46,028 bases of DNA, taken from contig CAZWSR010000006.1 in the NCBI GenBank assembly GCA_964636545.1, positions 1-46,028 of the forward strand. The letters are read 5' to 3'. The notes under the pieces were generated by a model. The model did not search any database and had not been told where the DNA came from. It saw only the letters and a list, made by a program, of their open reading frames with translations. Positions 37,794 through 46,028 of this stretch are shown here, piece by piece. Positions within the stretch are counted from its first letter, which is position 1, and each line of letters opens with the position of its first letter. A program made the translations under genes and the position numbers. This DNA is from Candidatus Undinarchaeota archaeon. Lineage in GTDB: Archaea; Undinarchaeota; Undinarchaeia; Undinarchaeales; UBA543.

Positions 37794-39254
37794 TCACCCG
37801 AAGAATCCTACTCCAAGCATAATCAGTATTGCAATAAGCAATCCGAAAATAGCATATGTTTCAGGGATAACAGAGAGTACAAGACCCTTTCCTGTTGAAT
37901 CCTTGTTCTTTGCAGTAGCACCAATAGCTCCACCAGATACAATTCCCTGACCAATAGCTGAAAGCCCTGCAAGACCTACAGCACAGCCAGCTGCAATTGA
38001 AGCCATTCCAGCAACACTTGAGATTGCGCCAGTTTTAGCAGCACCCACAAGTCCTACTGATGCTAATATGAGAATTCCGATAATGAATCCGTACAATGCC
38101 TGAGTTTCTGGAAGCACAGAGAAAACCATGCTCTTTCCAAAGAGTTCACTCTTTTCAGAAACTGCGCCGATTCCAGCACCTGCTGCAATTCCCTGTCCAA
38201 TAGCTGACAAACCAGCTACACCAACAGCGATTCCAGCACCTACTCCAGCAAGTCCAACTGTTTCAGATATTCCAATTCCACCTTTTGCACCAAGAATTCC
38301 TGCACCAAGCAAAATCAAAATTGCAATGAGCATTCCGTAAATTGCCTGAGTTTCTGGGAGTACAGAGAAAACCATTCCCTTACCCATCATCTTGTCATTT
38401 TCTGCAACAGTTGCAACAGCTGAACCAGCCGCAATTCCCTGTCCAATAGCTGAAAGACCAGCTACACCAACAGCGATTCCAGCACCAACAGCAGCAATTC
38501 CTGCACCCATCTTAAGTGAGCCAACAATTGTACCACCGATTAATCCAGTTGAAACCAATATCAAAATTGCTACAATGAAACCATACAATGCCTGAGTTTC
38601 AGGAAGCACAGAGAAAACCATACCTTTTCCAAACATTTCCTCTTTTTCAGTAACTGCACCAATTGCAGCTCCTGCAGCTATACCTTGACCAAGACCTGAT
38701 AATCCAGCTACTCCAACAGCAATACCTGCGCCAAGTGCTGCAAGACCAATTGGAAGTGGAAGCTGAGTTGTTGCAGTTCCAATAATTCCTGCGCCTAGCA
38801 AGATAAGAACTGCAATAAGCATTCCGTAAATAGCCTGAGTTTCTGGGAGTACAGAGAAAACCATTCCCTTACCCATCATCTTGTCATTTTCTGTTACTGC
38901 ACCAATGGCAGCGCCAGCAGCGATTCCTTGACCAATAGCTGACAAACCTGCGAAACCAACAGCAATTCCTGCACCAACACATGCTAGTGAAACACCAACT
39001 GAAATTTCAGCAACAGCTGTGCCAACAATTCCAGTTCCCATAAGAATTAAGATTGCAATAAGGAAACCATAAATTCCCTGTGTTTGCGGAAGCGCCTGGA
39101 AAATCAATGCAGTTGAGAATTTATCAGGATCTTCTGCAATAGCACCTGCTCCTGCAGCTCCTGCAATACCTGCACCAATTCCGCTTGCAAGACCGGCTAC
39201 GCCGACTGCAATACCTGCTCCGACTGCTGCAAGTGCAACTTCTACACCTACCAT
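37794..39254 (-). CDS. atpK: A-type ATP synthase proteolipid (c/K) with six fused hairpins
   Basis: Six ~81-aa repeats with PQTQ, PETQ x4 and PETY. Confidence 0.95.
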   Translation of the reverse strand: MVGVEVALAAVGAGIAVGVAGLASGIGAGIAGAAGAGAIAEDPDKFSTALIFQALPQTQGIYGFLIAILILMGTGIVGTAVAEISVGVSLACVGAGIAVGFAGLSAIGQGIAAGAAIGAVTENDKMMGKGMVFSVLPETQAIYGMLIAVLILLGAGIIGTATTQLPLPIGLAALGAGIAVGVAGLSGLGQGIAAGAAIGAVTEKEEMFGKGMVFSVLPETQALYGFIVAILILVSTGLIGGTIVGSLKMGAGIAAVGAGIAVGVAGLSAIGQGIAAGSAVATVAENDKMMGKGMVFSVLPETQAIYGMLIAILILLGAGILGAKGGIGISETVGLAGVGAGIAVGVAGLSAIGQGIAAGAGIGAVSEKSELFGKSMVFSVLPETQALYGFIIGILILASVGLVGAAKTGAISSVAGMASIAAGCAVGLAGLSAIGQGIVSGGAIGATAKNKDSTGKGLVLSVIPETYAIFGLLIAILIMLGVGFFG

Positions 39255-39303
39255 TTTAATTCACCTCTGCAGTTTTTGTTCATTGTTGAGATTTTTGTAG
39301 TTT

Positions 39304-41274
39304 TCATTGTTTTACCTCAAGGATAGTATAATCGCGTTTGACTGAGAATGGCTCGTATTTTCGGCCACCACCAGAGTAGAATTTACTGAAAAATTCCACA
39401 TATTGAAGACGAAGTGCGTGCACAAAAGCTCCGAGTGCATTCATTGCAAAACTGAAAATGTGCCCACCAAGGAAAATTATAGCTGCCAAAAGTATTCCGA
39501 TATACGGCACACCAATAACCATTCCAGCAAGCAAGTTCATTGTCATTGCAATTCCACCTGTTGCAAGGCAGAGCGCAAGCAAACGACTGAAAGACATGAC
39601 ATCTCCGAAGAAACCAGTTATATCAAACAACCCAATTGCCCCATTATATTTGACAAGTATTGCAAGCGAAAGTCCAGCAAGTATGTATGCTGCGTAATTT
39701 AGTGAATGTGGAAGCCAAGTTATTCCAAGCATTGGAGCAAGCATTATGAATGCTGCAAACTGAATGAAGAACCAAATTATCTGGCTGTGAACCATTTCAA
39801 TTTTTTTGCCGAGTTTGAAATTATTAACTGCACCAAGAATCAAACCAAGGTTCAGGTGTGCGATTCCAACAAATAATGACAATTTCAAGATAACAAGTGG
39901 GTTTGTAAGTGGATCAACCCAAGGTGCTATTTGTGCTGGCGTCAAACCCCAAATATAGTTTGGAAGATCTCCAAGATAACTGCCAGTTAATACTCCAAAG
40001 AACATTGTTGATAAACCAACAGCAGTCACAATTATTCCAAATTCCTTGAAACTTTGTTTGTGTTTTCCGAGTTTTAGAAGTAAGAATAATCCACCAAGGA
40101 AAAGCAGGAATCCATAAACAAAATCAGTAAGCATAAGCCCGGCGTAGAGAATAAGTAATGGAGTAAGGATTGTTGTCGGGTCAATTTCGTTGTACTTTGG
40201 TACTGAGTACATTTCAGTTAACATTTCAAATGGTTTTGCAATCCATTTGTTTTTGAGAAGAACTGGAACATTATCGTCTTCAGCTGGAGCTTCAATTTTA
40301 ATATGACAACAACTATGAGAAGATTCTGTAATTGCTTTTACAACATCATCTGCTTTTTTAGTTGGAACCCATCCATCCATAATAAATGTCTTTTTAGTAC
40401 CTGCAATTTTGCCAAGTGCATCCATTCGCTCTTTTTCAATAACTAATTGTTCCCGAGTAATCTGAAGTTTCTTATGCCATTTTTCATATAATTTACTAAG
40501 CTGTTCCTTTTTGGTTTCAGTATCTTTTGCAATTTCTTTGACTTTTGCATCAAGATCCTTTATGTTCTTGTCAATTGCAGGAATTTCAAATTCTTCAAAA
40601 CCAAATGTTCTAAGAACAAGGTTGATTGGCTCCATTTCCTCTTTCATTACAGTGATTGTAATAATACTTGATTCAGCATCCAGTTTTCCAGAAATAATGT
40701 GTGCGTCTGGGCTTTTTTGCTTAACATCTCTTTTTAAATCTGCAAGTTTTTCTGGCTGAATTTTTCCTGCAAAAGTATGAACTCGACTTGAGACACCAAC
40801 ATGAGTATAATCAACATCAATTTTGTCCAACATTTCCTTAACTTTTTTAAGATTTGTTAATTGGTAATCTTGGGTTTGTAGTGTTTCCAAACTTGAACTT
40901 AGTGCACCAGCTTTGATATCAAGTTCTTTGATAATCTCACTAGTTTCCTTAAGAAGAGTGTCTGGATTATCATCTGATACCTTTACTTTCTTTTCTTCAT
41001 CAGAAAGACCTGCAAATAAACCTTCTTTCTTGGTTTGAGTGCTTTTTAAAATATCAGTAATTCTGTCAAGTTTTATTAAAAGTGGTACAACTTCTCGGTT
41101 TTCAGGAGTATGAACTGCTCCTTGCAAAAATGTTTTCCATTCTGGTTGTTCAAGAAAAATATTTGCGTCTTCCAGCTGGATGACCCCTGAATTATGAAGT
41201 GCTCTAATAACATCGTCCCTGTATTTGCTCAGGGCAATGAACTTGAGCTTCTGCATCCGTGCTGGTCTGAACAT
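39304..41274 (-). CDS. atpI: A-type ATP synthase subunit I (a)
   Basis: EIDPT, SFSRLLAL and HALRLQYVEFF. Confidence 0.96.
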   Translation of the reverse strand: MFRPARMQKLKFIALSKYRDDVIRALHNSGVIQLEDANIFLEQPEWKTFLQGAVHTPENREVVPLLIKLDRITDILKSTQTKKEGLFAGLSDEEKKVKVSDDNPDTLLKETSEIIKELDIKAGALSSSLETLQTQDYQLTNLKKVKEMLDKIDVDYTHVGVSSRVHTFAGKIQPEKLADLKRDVKQKSPDAHIISGKLDAESSIITITVMKEEMEPINLVLRTFGFEEFEIPAIDKNIKDLDAKVKEIAKDTETKKEQLSKLYEKWHKKLQITREQLVIEKERMDALGKIAGTKKTFIMDGWVPTKKADDVVKAITESSHSCCHIKIEAPAEDDNVPVLLKNKWIAKPFEMLTEMYSVPKYNEIDPTTILTPLLILYAGLMLTDFVYGFLLFLGGLFLLLKLGKHKQSFKEFGIIVTAVGLSTMFFGVLTGSYLGDLPNYIWGLTPAQIAPWVDPLTNPLVILKLSLFVGIAHLNLGLILGAVNNFKLGKKIEMVHSQIIWFFIQFAAFIMLAPMLGITWLPHSLNYAAYILAGLSLAILVKYNGAIGLFDITGFFGDVMSFSRLLALCLATGGIAMTMNLLAGMVIGVPYIGILLAAIIFLGGHIFSFAMNALGAFVHALRLQYVEFFSKFYSGGGRKYEPFSVKRDYTILEVKQ

Positions 41275-41280
41275 TGCTTT

Positions 41281-41598
41281 TTAGTCCTCTCTAAGTATGT
41301 GTTTGACAACTGCTTCAACTGCAGTATCCATGTGTTTTTCGCACTTTTTCTCCTCGTGCTCAATATCTTTCTTTGCTTTCTGAATAACTTGAGATGCTTC
41401 TTTTTCAGAACTATCTTTTGATTTTGCAATTAGAGCATTCGCTTCTTCATCAGCTTTTTTAAGAATTGTTTCACGATGCATAGAACTGTCTTTTGCAGCC
41501 TTTTCAAGAAGCTTTTCTGCTTCTTTCTGGGCTTTTTCCACAAGTGCGTCTGCCTTGTGTTCTGCTTCTTTTATTTGAACTAGTGCTTGCTTTGGCAT
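41281..41598 (-). CDS. atpH: A-type ATP synthase subunit H (G-like peripheral stalk)
   Basis: IKEAE..A coiled coil; first gene of the operon. Confidence 0.85.
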   Translation of the reverse strand: MPKQALVQIKEAEHKADALVEKAQKEAEKLLEKAAKDSSMHRETILKKADEEANALIAKSKDSSEKEASQVIQKAKKDIEHEEKKCEKHMDTAVEAVVKHILRED

Positions 41599-41845
41599 TT
41601 TTTCACCTATTTAAGATTAGAATCCCCGCTCGTATGATTAAAATGTGCGCTTACTCTCTCCCCTCTTTATTCATGAATAGTACGCGTGTGGTTTTTTCTA
41701 TGAGCACTAGATATATATAAATGTAGTTGTTCGTGAATCTTTTGAGTGGAAAAGTTGTTTTTTGGGCATATGTAACTCCTAGAAACTGCTATACTCCACT
41801 TCCCTAAACTTTTTATATTCGGGATTTGAGTAACTATTGATAAAA

Positions 41846-42769
41846 ATGGCTAGCTATGTAGTTACAGGGGGTGCGGGTTTTATTGGCACTAACATTGTTG
41901 AGGAGCTAATAAAACGCGGACAAGAAGTAAAAGTTATAGATGACCTGAGTACAGGAAAGCGCTCAAATCTAAAAGATTTTATGAGTGACATTACTTTTGT
42001 AAAGGGCAGTATCATGAATTATTCACTGCTCAAAAAGGAATTTCAAGGATTTGACTATGTTTTGCACCAAGCAGCTGATGTTTCAGTGCAGAGTTCAGTA
42101 AAAAATCCATCTGGAACAGCAAAAACAAATGTACTTGGCACAATTAATGTTCTAAAAGCAGCAAAAGATGCTGGAGTCAAGAGAGTTGTTCTTGCATCTT
42201 CATGTGCTGTTTATGGCGAATATCCAACTGCAGTTAATGAAAATACACCACTAAAACCACTTTCACCATATGCTGTTACAAAATCATCTGCAGAAAGTTT
42301 TGCAAAGTTGTATAATGAATTATATGGGCTTGAAACAGTTTGTTTACGATATTTCAATGTTTTTGGACCAAGACAGGATGACAAAGCAGATTATTCTGCT
42401 GTTATTCCAAAATTCATCAAAATCATAAAAGGTAGGAGAAGGCCTACAATTTTTGGTGATGGATTCCAATCACGCGATTTTGTTTATGTGTCAAATGTTG
42501 TTGAAGCTTGCTTACTAGCTTGCACAAAACAAGGAGTTTCAGGCAAGATTTACAATATTGGAACTGGAATCAGCACTGACCTGAACAGTTTAGTAAAACA
42601 CTTGAATAAAATTTTGGAAAAAAGTATGGAACCAAAATATGAAGAACAGCGTGCAGGCGATATAATGAATTCTAAAGCAAATATCGGACTTGCACGAAAA
42701 GAACTTGGATATTTCCCAAAAGTTGACATGGTTGGAGGCCTTAGGCGCACTGTTGAATTTAATAAATGA
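41846..42769 (+). CDS. NAD-dependent nucleotide-sugar epimerase/dehydratase
   Basis: TGGAGFIG, YAVTK and RYFNVFGPRQ. Confidence 0.93.
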   Translation: MASYVVTGGAGFIGTNIVEELIKRGQEVKVIDDLSTGKRSNLKDFMSDITFVKGSIMNYSLLKKEFQGFDYVLHQAADVSVQSSVKNPSGTAKTNVLGTINVLKAAKDAGVKRVVLASSCAVYGEYPTAVNENTPLKPLSPYAVTKSSAESFAKLYNELYGLETVCLRYFNVFGPRQDDKADYSAVIPKFIKIIKGRRRPTIFGDGFQSRDFVYVSNVVEACLLACTKQGVSGKIYNIGTGISTDLNSLVKHLNKILEKSMEPKYEEQRAGDIMNSKANIGLARKELGYFPKVDMVGGLRRTVEFNK

Positions 42770-44028
42770 GTAAGGTTTGTGTTGTTGGACTTGGTTATGT
42801 TGGATTGCCGTTGGCATGCTTGTGCGCAAAGAAGGGGCACGGAGTTGCTGGATTAGATATTGATTCTGAAAAAATTGAGCAAATTAATAACGGAACTAGC
42901 CCAATTAATGATTCTGCACTTGTTACTGCAGTTAAGGAAGTGCAAGGAAAATTAAAAGCAACAACTGATGCAAGTGTTGTAAAAGAAGCTGAAATCATTA
43001 TAGTGTGTGTTCCAACACCAGTTGATGAGAACAAACACCCAAATCTTGAGCCATTAAAGAAAGCTGTGAAAACAATTTCTGAGAATTTACAAAATGGACA
43101 AGTGATTGTGGTTGAGTCAACAATTTTCCCAGGAACAACTGAAGATATTTTGAAACCAATACTTGAAGAAAGTGGTTTGAAAGCTGGAACTGACTTCTTT
43201 GTTGCACACTGTCCTGAGAGAATTGATCCAGGAAACAAAAAATGGACTTTGGAAAATATTCCAAGAGTACTTGGTGCAGGTTCTGAACAAGGTGCAGAAA
43301 AAGCAAAGCAGTTTTATGAATCAATTCTGACTTCGCCAGTAAATGTTTTATCCACACTCAAATCAGCAGAAGCAGTCAAGGTTGTTGAAAACACTTTCAG
43401 GGACATAAATATTGCTTATGTTAATGAGCTTGCAAAATCATTTGATAAAGCAGGAATTGATGTTGTTGAAGTTATTGAAGGTGCTGCAATCAAGCCATTT
43501 GCATTTATGGCGCATTATCCAGGATGTGGGGTTGGTGGCCATTGTATTCCAGTTGATCCATATTACTTAATTGACAAAGCAGAGCAGGATGGTTTCAAAC
43601 ATACTTTTTTGAAAATGGCAAGGGAAATTAATAACAGCATGCCTCAGTACACAATTGACTTATTGGAGAACCTTGCTGGTGATTTAAGTGGTGCAAAAGT
43701 TGGAGTACTTGGATTAGCTTACAAGCCAGATGTTGATGATGTTAGGGAAAGCCCTTCTTTGGATATTATTAAAATTTTAAAGCAAAAGAATGCTGAAGTT
43801 ACTGTTTTTGACCCAAATATTCCGGAAAAAAGCGATGCTGGGTCACTTGATGAAGTTTTAGAGAAAGTTGATTATGTTGTTGTTGCAACAGCGCATAAGG
43901 AATTTAAGGCAATTAGTGCAGAGCAATTGAAAAATGCAGGAATTAAGGCAATTGTTGATGGGCGAAATTGTTTAGATAAGAAATCAATTGAAAGTGCTGG
44001 TGTGAAGTATAAGGGGATTGGGCAGTAA
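42766..44028 (+). CDS. UDP-N-acetylhexosamine dehydrogenase (WecC/WbpA family)
   Basis: GLGYVGLP, CVPTP, ESTIFPG and GVGGHCIPVDP. Confidence 0.93.
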   Translation: MSKVCVVGLGYVGLPLACLCAKKGHGVAGLDIDSEKIEQINNGTSPINDSALVTAVKEVQGKLKATTDASVVKEAEIIIVCVPTPVDENKHPNLEPLKKAVKTISENLQNGQVIVVESTIFPGTTEDILKPILEESGLKAGTDFFVAHCPERIDPGNKKWTLENIPRVLGAGSEQGAEKAKQFYESILTSPVNVLSTLKSAEAVKVVENTFRDINIAYVNELAKSFDKAGIDVVEVIEGAAIKPFAFMAHYPGCGVGGHCIPVDPYYLIDKAEQDGFKHTFLKMAREINNSMPQYTIDLLENLAGDLSGAKVGVLGLAYKPDVDDVRESPSLDIIKILKQKNAEVTVFDPNIPEKSDAGSLDEVLEKVDYVVVATAHKEFKAISAEQLKNAGIKAIVDGRNCLDKKSIESAGVKYKGIGQ

Positions 44029-44060
44029 ATTTTCAAACCCGCAACACTTATAAACTATTA

Positions 44061-44076
44061 ATGAAATAGAATTCAT
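44061..44076. promoter_or_regulatory. ArsR/SmtB-type operator ATGAA-N6-TTCAT
   Basis: Lies between TATA (cttataaa, 44047-44054) and the ArsR ATG. TGAA-N6-TTCA is the CzrA/SmtB-type core. Confidence 0.6.
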
Positions 44077-44376
44077 ATGAATTGCAATTCAATTAATGTA
44101 TTCTTTCAGAACTTTGCAAATAAAGCAAACCTAGATATTATTCTGGCTCTGAGAAATGGGCCTAAAAACGTTAAAACATTGTGCGAGTGTGTCTGCTGTG
44201 AGCAGTCAGCTGTTTCGCACAACCTCAAGAATTTGTGCAACTGCAATATAATTTCTGGTGAAACAAAAGGACGAGAACGAATTTATTCGCTGAACAGCGA
44301 CACAGTTGTCCCATTACTACAGTTAGTTGAAACCCATGTAAAAAAACACTGCTGTAGCGGATGTACAAAAAAATGA
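44077..44376 (+). CDS. Cys-rich ArsR-family regulator
   Basis: EQSAVSHNL and GRERIYSL; Cys clusters CECVCC, CNC and HCCSGC. Confidence 0.85.
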   Translation: MNCNSINVFFQNFANKANLDIILALRNGPKNVKTLCECVCCEQSAVSHNLKNLCNCNIISGETKGRERIYSLNSDTVVPLLQLVETHVKKHCCSGCTKK

Positions 44377-45587
44377 CAAAAGAAGTTTACCTGGATTCAG
44401 GAGCAAGCACACAAGTTGATCCACGAGTTGTTGAGGTTATGTTGCCATACTTTAATGAAAAGTACGGTAATGCAAGTTCAATGCACACTTATGGAAGAGA
44501 TGCAAAAGAAGCACTTAACAAAGCAAGGCGGCAAATAGCTAGTCTGCTTGGTGCCAAAGAAAAAGAAATAGTTTTCACATCAGGTGGAACAGAATCAAAT
44601 AATTTCTGTTTGAAAAGCGTTGCTTTCACTAATCGTGAAAAGAACCACATAATCACATCAAATGTTGAGCACAAGTGCGTAATGAACACATGCAAGTGGC
44701 TTGAAACACAAGGTTTCAAAGTAACTTACCTTGAAGCAGATAATGAAGGTTTGATTAAAGCAGAAACATTGAGAAACGCTATTACTGACAAGACTTTGAT
44801 ATTTTCAGTAATTCATGGAAATAATGAAATTGGAACAATCCAAAACCTTGAGGAACTTGGAAAAATCTGCAAGGAGAAAGGAGTTCTGTTCCACACAGAT
44901 GCATGCCAAAGTTTTACAAAAACAGATATTGATGTTGACAAACAGAATCTTGATTTTGTAACATTGAATTCTCATAAAATACATGGGCCAAAAGGAGTTG
45001 GAGCATTGTATATTCGAGAAGGTTCTCCAATTGAAACATGGCAACATGGTGGCGGACACGAATTTGGATTGCGATCAGGAACTGAGGACATTCCAGGAAT
45101 TGTTGGATTTGCAGAAGCAGCAAAACTGGCTACAAATACTGCACATGTTGAGAAAATGACAAAAATGCGGGACAAGCTAATAGAAAGTGCAATGGCTCTT
45201 GGAGATGTTAAATTAAATGGAACAAAAGGAACTGCGCGATTATGTAATAATATTAATTTGTCATTCCAAATGATTGAAGGTGAAGCACTTGGCGGATATC
45301 TTGACCAAAAAGGAATTGCAACATCAACTGGCTCAGCATGTTCAGCTAAAACACTTGCACCAAGTTATGTTCTGAAAGCAATTGGATTAACTGATGAGGA
45401 AGCAAATGGCAGTTTACGATTAACACTAAGCAGATTTACAACTGAAGAAGATATTGATTATGTGCTAGAACACCTTCCAAAGATTGTGAAAAAGCTCCGT
45501 GGCTTCTCGCCATTGAAAAAAGTAACTGATTATGTAATGAAGAAGGCGTCAGCGGTCAGCCCTCAGCAGTCAGGACCTGATGGCTGA
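44373..45587 (+). CDS. iscS: Cysteine desulfurase (IscS/NifS type)
   Basis: FTSGGTES, HTDACQ, SHKIHGPKG and STGSACS. Start MTKEV at 44373. Confidence 0.95.
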   Translation: MTKEVYLDSGASTQVDPRVVEVMLPYFNEKYGNASSMHTYGRDAKEALNKARRQIASLLGAKEKEIVFTSGGTESNNFCLKSVAFTNREKNHIITSNVEHKCVMNTCKWLETQGFKVTYLEADNEGLIKAETLRNAITDKTLIFSVIHGNNEIGTIQNLEELGKICKEKGVLFHTDACQSFTKTDIDVDKQNLDFVTLNSHKIHGPKGVGALYIREGSPIETWQHGGGHEFGLRSGTEDIPGIVGFAEAAKLATNTAHVEKMTKMRDKLIESAMALGDVKLNGTKGTARLCNNINLSFQMIEGEALGGYLDQKGIATSTGSACSAKTLAPSYVLKAIGLTDEEANGSLRLTLSRFTTEEDIDYVLEHLPKIVKKLRGFSPLKKVTDYVMKKASAVSPQQSGPDG

Positions 45588-45625
45588 AGGCCGAGGGCCG
45601 ATACCTTAACCAAAAGGACAAAAAC
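45545..45625 (+). repeat. Heptamer palindrome element (nnTCAGC type) overlapping the iscS 3' end, plus AACCAAAAGGACAAAA anchor
   Basis: ggcgtcagcggtcagccctcagcagtcaggacctgatggctgaaggccgagggccgataccttaaccaaaaggacaaaa, a near copy of 32495-32572. Confidence 0.92.
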
Positions 45626-45629
45626 AAAA

Positions 45630-46028
45630 ATGTACTCAAAAAAACTTCTGGATAGATTCCAGAACCCAAAGCACGTGAAGGAAATGGAGAATCCTTCATC
45701 TACTGGACAGGTTGGAAACCCTGCTTGCGGTGATGTAATGAAGATATTTTTGAAGATAGAACCAGGGGCGCCGGGGCGCAGTGGAGCCGGGGCGGCGAAA
45801 GCGAAGATTATTGATGCAAGTGTTCAGACATATGGGTGTGTTGCTGCAATTGCGGCTTCAGATGCTTTGTGCGAAATCGCGATTGGGAAAACAATTGAAG
45901 AAGCTGAGAAATTGGTTTTTCAGGATGTAATTGATGCACTTGGTGGCGAAGTTCCACAAGTTAAAGTGCATTGTTCGCAATTAGGAATTAGTGCTTTGAA
46001 AAAAGCAATTGAGAATTATAAAAAAGGT
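45630..46028 (+). CDS. iscU: IscU/NifU-type Fe-S scaffold; stop lies beyond the window
   Basis: Not in the ORF track. MYSKKLLDRFQNPK...GNPACGD...TYGCVAAIA...KVHCS. Confidence 0.93.
   Translation, partial: MYSKKLLDRFQNPKHVKEMENPSSTGQVGNPACGDVMKIFLKIEPGAPGRSGAGAAKAKIIDASVQTYGCVAAIAASDALCEIAIGKTIEEAEKLVFQDVIDALGGEVPQVKVHCSQLGISALKKAIENYKKG
45765..45796 (+). repeat. GC-rich octamer tract inside iscU
   Basis: GGGGCGCC GGGGCGCA GTGGAGCC GGGGCGGC. Confidence 0.85.

Overview
AT-rich archaeal chromosomal window. Archaeal markers are GatD/GatE, ribosomal protein L40e, an A-type ATP synthase operon HIKECFABD and TATA-type promoters. The compact layout suggests a DPANN-like lineage, but that is inference. 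The window holds a partial ATP-type PEP carboxykinase, an alanine-type aminotransferase, porGDAB, tRNA-Ser(CGA), rpl40e, pyrG, a copper/metal cluster ending in CopA, wecB, a VirB2/VirB6/PrgI-like cluster lacking VirB4, GGPP synthase, glmS, tatD, gatE and gatD split by a PRTase plus an HD gene with an internal stop, the ATP synthase operon, nucleotide-sugar genes and ArsR-iscS-iscU. Four things stand out. (1) A dispersed family of ~70-85 bp palindromes is built from 7-nt tandem units. Four different heptamer types occur, yet each copy abuts the same AACCAAT-type anchor. (2) A GC-rich 8-nt repeat family is inserted in frame inside GatE, IscU and the PorB N-terminus. (3) A heptamer array puts porB out of frame by exactly one 14-bp unit. 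(4) The ATP synthase c/K subunit has six fused hairpins with five ion-binding glutamates.
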